This document shows, piece by piece, positions 23,130-32,462 of a stretch of DNA of 64,000 bases. The notes beneath the pieces are model-generated. The model made no database searches, was not told the origin of the DNA, and worked only from the letters and a program-made list of their open reading frames with translations. The stretch covers positions 4,340,001 to 4,404,000 of the forward strand of contig CAIIXF020000001.1 in assembly GCA_903813345.2 (NCBI GenBank). The letters run 5' to 3'. How positions within the stretch are numbered: position 1 is the first letter of the stretch; each line of letters begins with the position of its first letter. The position numbers and the translations under genes are program-made. This stretch comes from Owenia fusiformis. Lineage: Eukaryota.

Positions 23130-26100
23130 TCTGTATTAAAAGTTGTACAAATACAATATTGTAGAAAGAAAACATACAGTAGTTGCATATGCTATAATAT
23201 CGTATTTATATATAATATTAGCCTTATTTAGCATAGTAGATTTGATAACAAGAGGAAGGGAAGGGGGGGGGGGGGCAAGGGAAAAGGCAAGAGGGGGATT
23301 TTTGTGATTTTCTGCTCGATGGTTTGAGCTTGGTGAGGGGGTTTTTATGTTCCCAGTGTGTATTTTACTACGTTATGAAATGTTTGAGTTTCAACCATTG
23401 CTGTTCCATAAGTTCAGGTTTTTTTCTTCTTTGGCTGATTCTTTCTTCTATTTTTTTCTCTGTTTTTAGGAAGTTTTGCCAGCCTATCATATTAGGTCTC
23501 CTTATTTTCCTTTTACATGTGTTTAGGAATATCTTTTGTTTCAGGAATAGATGTTCGTTTTCTGTTTTTCCATCTCCGAAAAGGAATGTCTCAATTGTGG
23601 GTACATCTTCGTCAAGTTGGTTGAAAGATGTTATTAGGAAGTCTTGTACGGCCTCACAATGGTATATTCCATGTTCTAAAGTATCTATGTCACTACGGCA
23701 TAGACTGCATATATCAGTGTTATAGCCGTCTATGTTCATTTGTTTTAGTTGTTTGTTATAATATAGTATCCGGAAGAATATTTTTATTTGGAAATATTTC
23801 TCTTTTGTCCTGAGAATATTTTTTCTATTTTTGTGGATTTTGGCCCACATCAAAGGATTTTGTAGTTGCAGTTTGATTTGCCACTTATCTTCCATCTTCT
23901 TTGGCAGTTTCACTGCATTGTTCTTTTTTAGTAAAATCTTGTAAACTTCTTTATTGTTTGTCTTTTTTAACCATTCTGTGTTAATTGTGACATTCGGATT
24001 CTCGGTTTCTTCTTCATTTTCTCTCGGGTGTCTTAATTTTCTTTTCCAATTTTGGGGGATGGCTGTAATTATACTGTTATATTTCAAAGTATTCCTTTGG
24101 TTCATAACAATATCATATTTATGGCCTAATTCTGCTGCTGTGAGGAATCTATTTTCGTCCTGGATGTCTTTTATAAATTCAATACCTTTTTGTATCCATA
24201 CTTCGTTTTTCATGATTTCTCCATTGATTTTTATCTGTTCATTGTGCCATAATGATTGTTGCTCTGGGTTTCTCGTATCCGGAATTGTTTGATATTTTAG
24301 ACTGCACCAATTTTTGTAGACTGTCTTCAGGTACCTTAAGTCTAAAACATTTATTTTGTCACTATTTTTTGAAAGGTTCAATGCCCATACTTCTCCCTGC
24401 GTCAGGTTCTTCAGGTAGTAGTTCCATATCTTCTTCCATTTGCCACTATATGTAGGGTCTATATATTTCTTTATCCATTTGATGCTTAGGTTTTTTATGT
24501 ATGATTGTAAGTGGAGCATGTTTAGGCCACCTCTCTCTTGTTCGTTCATCATTATCTTTCTTCCAATTTTGTCTGGCTTCTCATCCCATATAAAGTTGAA
24601 AAACATGTTTTCTATTTCTTTGATAAAGTCATCTGTTGGTGTGAGCACTGAACATAGATATGTCAGCTGAGATACGAGGAGTGATTTTATCATTATTATT
24701 TTTCCTAGAGGTGTGATGTTTCTACTTTTCCATGCTCTAATAAGACCTTGAATTTTGTTTCTTTTCTCTGGGAAATTTAAACTGTTTATGTCTCTTCCAT
24801 CTAAAGGAATGGTTATACCAAGGACTTTTATATCTTTATCTTGGTATTTTAGCCCTGATGCCATGCTTTCATCTCTTACTTGTTGCTGTAATAGTGCATT
24901 TTCTCTGCCTATCACGGCTTCTTCTGTTTTGTGGAGATTGATGTTCAGTCCTGAGATTTCTCCAAAATTTCTGAACTTTTTAATTACTTTTTTCGCAGAT
25001 GCAATATTTCTTACAAAGACTGAGGTATCATCGGCGTATTGTGAAATCTTTACTTCTCCATCTGGTATTTGTATGCCTTCAATTTCTTCATCTCTTCTGA
25101 TTGATTCACTCAATATTTCGGCACATAGAATAAATAAATACGGACTTAGGGGGCATCCCTGTCGTACTCCTCTGTTCAGGTTAAAGTAGCGTGATGTATA
25201 CCCGTTATTTATTACTGAGCTTTTTGCATCGTTGTATATGGTTTTGATCCATTTTCTAAAGTCTGGTCCAAAATTGAAGTAATCTAGCGTCCGATCAATA
25301 AATTTCCATTCCACTGTGTCAAAAGCTTTTTCAAAGTCGATGAAAAGCATTATGCCAGATTCATTGTTTGATTTAAGGTGTTCCATACAGTCTATTATGA
25401 GTCTAATATTCTCTGATATATTTCTCCCTTTAATAAAACCTGTTTGGTCTTCGTTAATTATTTTTGTTAAATGGGCTTTCATTCTTTCTGCTAGACATCC
25501 TGTAATTATTTTGTAGTCTGTGTTTAGCAATGATATTGGTCGCCAATTTAATAGGCGTAGAATGTCACGGTCTTTTTTAGGTAGTGTGGTTATAATGCTT
25601 CTTTTTTGTTCGGTTGATAATTCTTCTTTATCCAATGCTTCCTTGTAGCTTTTTACCAGTATTGGCACAACTGGTTCTTGGAAACATCTATAAAATTCGC
25701 TTGTTAAGCCGTCGCTGCCTGGTGACTTCCCGGTCTTCAGGGACTTAATCTGTGTTGTTATTTCTTCTAAGGTAATATAGCCCTCGCAGCTCTGTTTTTC
25801 CTCTTCTGTGAGACTGGTGATTGATTTTATAGCAGGGAAGAATGTTTCTGAGTGCTGCCTAATGTTTGGGAGCCTGCTTCTGTACAGTTCTTCATAGAAC
25901 CTTGCACTTTCTTTCCTTATTTCTTCAGGATCATTTAGTTCCCTGCCATCGTCTGTATTCAGTTGTGTGATGTTCTTTTTTGCAAAATTTCTTTTTTCTA
26001 ACTTCAGGAAGTAACTAGATTGTTTTTCACCTTCTTCCGCCCATCTTATTTTTGCTCGAAGTATTGCGCCCTTTGCTTTTTCATCATTCATCTCTTCTAT

Positions 26101-29100
26101 CTCTCTTTGGAGTTGTTGTTCTTCTTCTCGTAGCTGTGTTTCATGGATGTAGTTATCTCTTAGGTTTGCCTCTATTTCTTGTAGCCGTCTTATTTTGTTG
26201 GTGATATCTAGGTGTTTTCCAGCGTTTTTTTGCTTTGAGTACCTAATGGACTCTGTTTTGATTTTGAATTTTATGAGTTCCCATAAATTTTGAGCAGTCA
26301 TGTCCTTGTGCTCTTCAACCAAACCTTTGATTAGGTTTTTTATCAAAGCTACATATTCTCTATCTTCTGTTAACCTTGCATTGAATTTCCACAGTCCCGG
26401 GCCACGCTCTTGAGTGCCCATCCTTAGTTGCAATTGAACAAATTGGTGGTCAGCTATTTTGTAGGATTTTGGAGTGTGAATGTCTACGTCACTGGTATTG
26501 TTGATTAGTGGAGAGGCTATAAGGAAATAATCTAATCTGGATTTTGTAGTGGTAGCGGCATTTGACCAGGTGAAATTTCTTTTAGTAGGGTTATTTACTC
26601 TCCATATGTCCACAAGATCATGTTCCTCCATTAGTTGCTTTATCTGCTGTCTTGTGTTTCTATGTGCATCCTGGTTGGTATTGCCTGTTTGGCTTTCTTT
26701 ATCTTTGTTTGGCTCTAGGGGCACGTTGAAATCTCCTCCTATTATAATAGAATAATGATTACGCCCTTCTCTCAGTTTTTTTGCGATATTGTTGAAAAGA
26801 TTATTGTTGTCATTGTTATGTCCATATATGTTCACTAAGGTTATTTCCTTTCCTTCTATTTTAGTATTTATTATTATGTATCTTCCATCTTCTCCGATGT
26901 CGCTGTCTTCAATTTGGATGTCTGCCTTATGAGAGAATAGTATACCAACTCCGACTGAATTTGTGGCCCTTTCTGTAAAATATGATGTCATGCCCCATTC
27001 ATTTTCCCATTGTTTTGCTTGTTTCATGCCGCAGTGGGTCTCTTGTATGAGTAGAACGTCATAATTTTCGTTCCGAGCGTGTAAGAAGAGTTTTCTTCTT
27101 TTTACCTGGTCTTGCAAGCCCCTCACATTAATGGTACCTATTTTAACCACCATCGTCCTTGTATTTGTATATAGGCCCTCTTGCAATTACCCCTGCCCCC
27201 TTTTTTGTATACATAATAGCTCTAATGTCTTTTATTTGACACTTTTCTATGTTTTTAAGGCACTTAGGAAATGTTCGATAGGACTTGCTAGATCTTGGTG
27301 TAGCTGTTATTTAGTTGAATTATGATAAAGGCGTGACAGGGTTATTTCATTTTATGATTATAAAAATATAGAATTTAATTATGGAAAATTGTCAAAGATT
27401 TCTGATGGCCAGTTAACCATAGATAGCTCTGCCCTTATCCACTTCATTAAGTTGGAATATTTTGGATGATATCTTATAGGTTCTCAATGAGGTTGTAGTA
27501 GATAGAGGACCCTGCCCCTACCTCTGTAATGTTGACCTCTACATGGATGGACGTCATGTCACATCAGTACAGGGTGATGGTGAGAAATACATTGTACTTC
27601 TAATCACTTGTAATCTAAATCAGGATTTAGCAATTCAACAAAGTGGACTATTATAGAATGTGGAAAATAGTTGAAAATAGATATGTGCCCAGTTGAAATG
27701 GATTTGCACTGAGTTGAACATTATGAAAATCACATAAGATGTCTTGATTTGTTCGAAGATTCTTTTCATGGGGATTAGGCTGATTTTAAGATGACAGTAG
27801 TGGTTTATTTATTGAACATATAAATAGACAAATTACTTCTGTCATTTTATTGGTCTAAAAAGATTTTTCGTTGCAAAAAATTTAACTCGCTGAAGAAAAA
27901 ACCCTTGAGACAACACTGACTCACTTGGAAAATACTACAAGAAAAATGCTACTATAAAACAAAAAGTACTTCTGCTGTTTTTCAGGTTTAATCATCTCCA
28001 CACCTACTGGAAGTACCGCATATGCAGCAGCTGCAGGGGCCTCCATGATCCACCCTAATGTACCAGCCATCCTCATCTGCCCCATATGTCCACATTCCCT
28101 CTCATTCAGACCCATTGTAGTCCCTGCGGGTGTAGAGGTCAAGGTAGGTCCACATTCCCTCTCATTCAGACCCATTGTAGTCCCTGCGGGTGTAGAGGTC
28201 AAGGTAGGTCCACATTCCCTCTCATTCAGACCCATTGTAGTCCCTGCGGGTGTAGAGGTCAAGGTAGGTCTACATTCTCTCTCATTTAAACCCATTGTAG
28301 TCGCTGCAAGTGTAGAGGTCAAGGTAGGTCCACATTCCCTCTCATTTAGACCCATTGTAGTCCCTGCGGGTGTAGAGGTCAAGGTAGGTCCACATTCCCT
28401 CTCATTCAGACCCATTGTAGTCCCTGCGGGTGTAGAGGTTAAGGTAGGTCCACATTCTCTCTCATTTAGACCCATTATTGTAGTCGCTGCAAGTGTAGAG
28501 GTCAAGGTAGGTCCACATTCTCTCTCATTTAGACCAATTGTAGTCGCTGCAAGTGTAGAGGTCAAGGTAGGTCCACATTCCCTCTCATTCAGACACATTG
28601 TAGTCCCTGCAGGTGTAGAGGTTAAGGTAGGTCCACATTCTCTCTCATTTAGACCCATTGTAGTCGTTGCAAGTGTAGAGGTCAAGGTAGGTCCACATTC
28701 CCTCTCATTCAGACCCATTGTAGTCCCTGCAGGTGTAGAGGTTAAGGTAGGTCCACATTCCCTTTCATTCAGACCCATTATAGTCCCTGCGGATGTAGAG
28801 GTCAAGGTAGGTCCACATTCTCTCTCATTCAGACCCATTATAGTCCCTGCTTGTGTAGAGGTCAAGGTCGGTCCACATTCCCTTTCATTCAGGCCCATTG
28901 TAGTCCCTGCAGGTGTAGAGGTCAAGGTAGGTTCGCATTCCCTCTCATTCAGACCCATTGTAGTCCCTGCGGGTGTAGAGGTCAAGGTGGGTCCACATTC
29001 CCTCTCATTCAGACCCATTGTAATCCCTACTGGTGTAGAGGTCAAGGTAGGTACACATTCTCTCTCATTTAGACCCATTGTAGCCACTGCAAGTGTAGAG

Positions 29101-29836
29101 GTTAAGGTAGGTCCACATTCCCTTTCATTCAGACCCATTGTAGTCCCTGCTGATGTGGAGGTCAAGGTAGGTCCACATTCCCTCTCATCCAGATCTGCAA
29201 GCTGCAAGTGTAGAGGTCAAGGTCACATTCCCTCTTATTCAGACCTATTGTTGTCCATACGGGTGTAGAGTTTAGATATACAACTGTTTGTAGTTTAGTA
29301 GAAATTGAAAAAACAAGAGGTTCTGTCTTGGATAAATGAATATTTCATGATTTTGTCATTGTAGATTATGGTAAACCCAGATGCTAGGAACAGTGCATGG
29401 GTCTCATTTGATGGCAGAAATAGACAGGAAATCACCTCAGGGGACTGGTATGTATCAATGAACAGAAATATGTACCTCATTTACCACAAAACAATTTGAT
29501 TATGTGTTATTGATAAATATTTATTAATATGAATCATTACTGCATTTTTAATTAACTGCCATGTGTTGTTACGTATTTTGATTGGCTTATTCCAGTGTGC
29601 GAATCACAACTTCAATCTACCCAGTACCATCAATATGCAGTCAGGATCAGATTCGTGATTGGTTCGATAGTTTAGCGGAATGCCTCCATTGGAATGTACG
29701 ACGGCAACAGAACTCATTCAGTCGGACCTCAACTAGCACATATAGCTTGGAATCTTTAGACTTATCCAATAACGGTGACTCTGATAGTCCGACAGATAGC
29801 AATACTTTTAGTCCTGGATTTAGTACATCTAGGTAA
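7018..29836 (+). CDS. NADK: NAD kinase (cytosolic type), 11 core coding exons, ~456 aa
   Basis: Exons 7018-7157, 18355-18438, 20619-20748, 21059-21167, 21516-21601, 22374-22476, 22893-23029, 27480-27579, 27986-28143, 29365-29447, 29596-29836. All junctions are GT-AG and phase-consistent (1371 nt). Motifs: [66 protein letters not shown]. The first exon is linked by phase and position only. Confidence 0.95.
7353..7383. mobile_element. Asymmetric footprint of the same family as 87-116
   Basis: GTGAAAT (7353-7359) + CA-AGTTGAAAGCCCATG (17 bp) + GTGAAAT (7377-7383). Confidence 0.6.
10101..10613. mobile_element. Fold-back MITE
   Basis: CAATGCATTAACTCCAG...CTGGAGTTAATGCATTG, with imperfect inverted similarity extending well inward. 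Confidence 0.7.
10872..11703. mobile_element. Fold-back MITE, CAC...GTG termini, imperfect 5-bp TSD (Transib-like)
   Basis: CACGCCCGGTGATC / GATCACCGGGTGTG termini, flanks AGTCT / ATTCT, long internal inverted arms. Confidence 0.72.
12915..12935 (+). CDS. NADK: Candidate NADK micro-exon (21 nt, phase 2-2)
   Basis: ttttacag|ATCAGTGATATCACAGATAAG|gtaagt. In frame it adds SVISQI plus one junction codon. Confidence 0.4.
13064..13423. mobile_element. piggyBac-type MITE
   Basis: TTAA|CCCTTTC ... GAAAGGG|TTAA. Internal 44-bp tandem repeat (~2.3 copies) containing the palindrome GGCTCCATATGGAGCC. Confidence 0.8.
14231..14266 (+). CDS. NADK: Candidate NADK micro-exon (36 nt, phase 2-2)
   Basis: tctatcacgcag|CATCAGCAATGAGGAGCGGTATATGCATAATCAAGG|gtaaga. 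Open in frame: [12 protein letters not shown]. Confidence 0.5.
16351..18090. mobile_element. Decayed Tc1/mariner-type element (TA TSD)
   Basis: TA|CACTTCTCTCAAAAGGTTTGGCAACC ... GGTTGCCAAACTTTTGGAGGCGGTG|TA. A palindromic repeat block is nested at ~16710-16843. Confidence 0.55.
19387..19504. mobile_element. 118-bp MITE, CAC...GTG termini, 5-bp TSD
   Basis: GAGAT|CACATGCGGATCCAGG ... CCTAGATCCGCTAGTG|GAGAT. Confidence 0.65.
21201..21402. repeat. Intronic minisatellite, ~17-19-bp units with TGTACTCAT core
   Basis: About 10 copies, alternating TGTACTCATGTCACATCA and TGTACTCATGTAAAATTT. Confidence 0.85.
22234..22301. repeat. Short 19-bp tandem repeat plus inverted copy
   Basis: AAGTGGAACACATTTGTGG repeated, ending AAGTGGAACAC-actgaata-GTGTTCCACTT. 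Confidence 0.7.
23096..27270 (-). mobile_element. L1/Tx1-type LINE, recent insertion lacking ORF1, antisense in a NADK intron
   Basis: Pure T34 tail at 23094-23127. 16-bp TSD ATGTTCGATAGGACTT at 23080-23095 and 27271-27286. Uninterrupted ORF2. Confidence 0.95.
23368..27153 (-). CDS. LINE ORF2: APE endonuclease + reverse transcriptase + C-terminal CCHC finger (1261 aa from the ATG)
   Basis: Motifs [61 protein letters not shown]...H...C. Confidence 0.95.
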   Translation of the reverse strand: MVVKIGTINVRGLQDQVKRRKLFLHARNENYDVLLIQETHCGMKQAKQWENEWGMTSYFTERATNSVGVGILFSHKADIQIEDSDIGEDGRYIIINTKIEGKEITLVNIYGHNNDNNNLFNNIAKKLREGRNHYSIIIGGDFNVPLEPNKDKESQTGNTNQDAHRNTRQQIKQLMEEHDLVDIWRVNNPTKRNFTWSNAATTTKSRLDYFLIASPLINNTSDVDIHTPKSYKIADHQFVQLQLRMGTQERGPGLWKFNARLTEDREYVALIKNLIKGLVEEHKDMTAQNLWELIKFKIKTESIRYSKQKNAGKHLDITNKIRRLQEIEANLRDNYIHETQLREEEQQLQREIEEMNDEKAKGAILRAKIRWAEEGEKQSSYFLKLEKRNFAKKNITQLNTDDGRELNDPEEIRKESARFYEELYRSRLPNIRQHSETFFPAIKSITSLTEEEKQSCEGYITLEEITTQIKSLKTGKSPGSDGLTSEFYRCFQEPVVPILVKSYKEALDKEELSTEQKRSIITTLPKKDRDILRLLNWRPISLLNTDYKIITGCLAERMKAHLTKIINEDQTGFIKGRNISENIRLIIDCMEHLKSNNESGIMLFIDFEKAFDTVEWKFIDRTLDYFNFGPDFRKWIKTIYNDAKSSVINNGYTSRYFNLNRGVRQGCPLSPYLFILCAEILSESIRRDEEIEGIQIPDGEVKISQYADDTSVFVRNIASAKKVIKKFRNFGEISGLNINLHKTEEAVIGRENALLQQQVRDESMASGLKYQDKDIKVLGITIPLDGRDINSLNFPEKRNKIQGLIRAWKSRNITPLGKIIMIKSLLVSQLTYLCSVLTPTDDFIKEIENMFFNFIWDEKPDKIGRKIMMNEQERGGLNMLHLQSYIKNLSIKWIKKYIDPTYSGKWKKIWNYYLKNLTQGEVWALNLSKNSDKINVLDLRYLKTVYKNWCSLKYQTIPDTRNPEQQSLWHNEQIKINGEIMKNEVWIQKGIEFIKDIQDENRFLTAAELGHKYDIVMNQRNTLKYNSIITAIPQNWKRKLRHPRENEEETENPNVTINTEWLKKTNNKEVYKILLKKNNAVKLPKKMEDKWQIKLQLQNPLMWAKIHKNRKNILRTKEKYFQIKIFFRILYYNKQLKQMNIDGYNTDICSLCRSDIDTLEHGIYHCEAVQDFLITSFNQLDEDVPTIETFLFGDGKTENEHLFLKQKIFLNTCKRKIRRPNMIGWQNFLKTEKKIEERISQRRKKPELMEQQWLKLKHFIT
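28088..29270 (+). repeat. 60-bp tandem array made of a NADK exon 3' end plus its splice donor (18 full and 2 degenerate copies)
   Basis: Unit GTCCACATTCCCTCTCATTCAGACCCATTGTAGTCCCTGCGGGTGTAGAGGTCAAG|GTAG. One unit is 63 bp. Confidence 0.97.
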
Positions 29837-32462
29837 CAATAGATGGCATCTCACAACTTACAGGGTGGTAAAATGCAATTGTACAATATCGATATAACAT
29901 TAATATTATTTTTTAAATAATTGGTGCAGTTTCTGTTAAATGTTAATGTTGTTTTTAACACTCTGTTATTCATACAATATGTATACATTGTAGTTGTATG
30001 TTCAGTTCACATCATTGTTAAAAGATTTTGAGTTGAGGACCCCACATGTGTGTCATTTACAGGGGTGATTTCCTAATTGTTTCATTGGAACTGTGGGCGT
30101 TATTTTATTTTACGTACTTGTACTTTTAAGAACATTGAAATATTACCTAAGCCTGGGTTACCAACAAACTGTATTCCTTTCAGGCTTGTTAGCTTGGCCA
30201 GTATTTCAAAAATCTGAATTATTGTACATCATCAAGCAAATTTTTATTTTTAAAATTTATTTCTTCACAATATTTCATCTTGATTTTTCAATTCTCGACA
30301 TGGTGCAAGCCCCAAGTTTTTTTATTACTTTGGAAATGTTTATGTTACTAAGTGGCAATAAAGCTGTTGATAAAAAGTGCACATAACACTGCCGGTGTAC
30401 TAATTTATTAAATATCATAATGATGTGAAATGAGTTTGGGATATCTTGGTTAGGAGGCTAAGAATATGAACCCAACTAAAAATGCTTTAATTTCTCCAAA
30501 GATGGAGAAAATGAAATATCACCTTGTACAGTAAAGAAGATGATTTTATCTTTATGTTTAGATATGGGTTAATCTTAGTCAGTCATGCAAGAAATAAGTT
30601 CACTAAGTGAATAGTATGAGGTTGATTAATTACTGATCCTGAAGACTAACGCACAAAATCAAAATTTTTTTAATATATTTATAATGCTTTTGTAACACGG
30701 TGCAGTATATAGATCGCCTTAGATACCAATTGTAAATACATTGATAGATGTCTGTTTTACAGTGTGTCCCAAAAGTAAAAATGTCTCAGCACAACAAACT
30801 TTCAGCACAATATATCAAGAACTAATTCGTATAGCAAGTTTGACAATTTAAGAGTGTGAAGTGTTTGTCATTGGCAGCCATGGCAGCTGAGTTTTGAACC
30901 CTGTTGCAGTCTTACTTTTTGTACACTCTGTATTACATAAACATCACATATTATGTAATTTGTATAAAGCAATTTATTCTGGAGAATCAGGGAAAACATA
31001 ATTATATTGACATTCATAATGAATGATAGATATGTTAAATGCAAATTAAGCAGAATACTTGAAAAGTGCAAATAGATGGCACTCACTTCAGTTTTGCTTT
31101 TACAGCATGAAAAAACGTGATTGTTAGCCTTTTGTACTCCACCTTTGCTAGTGCTAATTTAATACCCATCGTGATGTGTTGTTTGAGAAGAATAAAATAC
31201 TCAAGCGAAATCGGGTTTGTTATAATGTGTACTGTATAGTCCAATAAAATTTATTTGTGATTTTAGATGTAATTTTATGGAGAATGCCAAAATAATATTT
31301 TCTGTACTTTAATTTCGTCCCAAGTTTAAAACATACCCTGGGTTCACTAATGATGTTGTGGTGCCTGTATAGATAAATAATAACAAATCCAGGGAACCTT
31401 GATGACTGATGACTCTTCTTCCATTAGTCTTTACATATTAAACATATTTCTAGACTTGGTGCAAGGACTGGGACTGGCTAAATTTATACAAAAGTACAGA
31501 TTATATTATTTTGCCATTTCATTTTATGTCCATGATTAATTTTTTGTAAATATTGTAATACTATGATATAATACATGAAATGTAATAATACAATAAAATT
31601 AATTTTATTGTAAATATAATACAATACAAAGTTGCTTTTTTAAGTTTTATTACAGGGCAAGTAAATGGTCTTTACACATACTGTAACATAGTCATGCCAT
31701 TAGAATTTTCATTTCCTAATAATTAAGGATATACATATACTTGTATAAGTAATTCCATCTGGTGGCCCTGTCCTGTTGAGATACAATGCTCAGAAAAACC
31801 TTAGTCTCACAGATATTAAATCCTGTTACTAAAATCTCCAAACAAAACTGAAATCAATATCATCCAAAGACTTCTAATTTGTACACATGTCAATGTGAGC
31901 ACTTTTTCAATCTTCCATTGAGTGAACTCATGAAATATGAACACCTGCTAACCCAAACACTTGACCGGTCCCAGTGGTGTTCGGATTAACAATTTTATTA
32001 GCCACATTGATGGGAAGTCTGCAGTGCACATTGCTCCTTAATGCATACAGATTCCCTGATAGCATGTCACCAGCAACATGTATTCAGGAATGGGAAAATG
32101 CCTATAAGTGGCCATTAATTCAGATTCATGCTATTTCAGTTAGTCATATTAGGAGTTGTTAAACAGTATCGAATGCAGATATTTAGTCCATGTGTATATT
32201 CCACTTTTACAGTGCTGGTGTACATTCCAAAACAGCATCTGTATTAGATACTTTTTCTTTCGATGTTCTCTACAGTTTACACTTGTTCCTACTAGAATCT
32301 GCACCTTTAGGTAAACAGTACTACATATCACGTCAAGAAATCAACTCCTAGGCAACTTCATGAAGCTATGATACTTGATCCATTCATGACCAGTTTATCT
32401 CATTATATAAAAATGTCTGTTGAACTGTACACTGTTGAATACTATATATACAGGTATTTGTC

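Noticed and set aside
23324-26755. Several plus-strand ORFs of 60-144 aa
   Set aside because: Antisense shadows of LINE ORF2.
27921-29207. 428-aa minus-strand ORF with [20 protein letters not shown] repeats
   Set aside because: Antisense shadow of the 60-bp NADK array. A stop-free unit whose length is a multiple of three gives a long ORF automatically.
28088-29270. CRISPR-like appearance of the regular array
   Set aside because: No unique spacers, units are contiguous, and the context is a eukaryotic exon/intron boundary.
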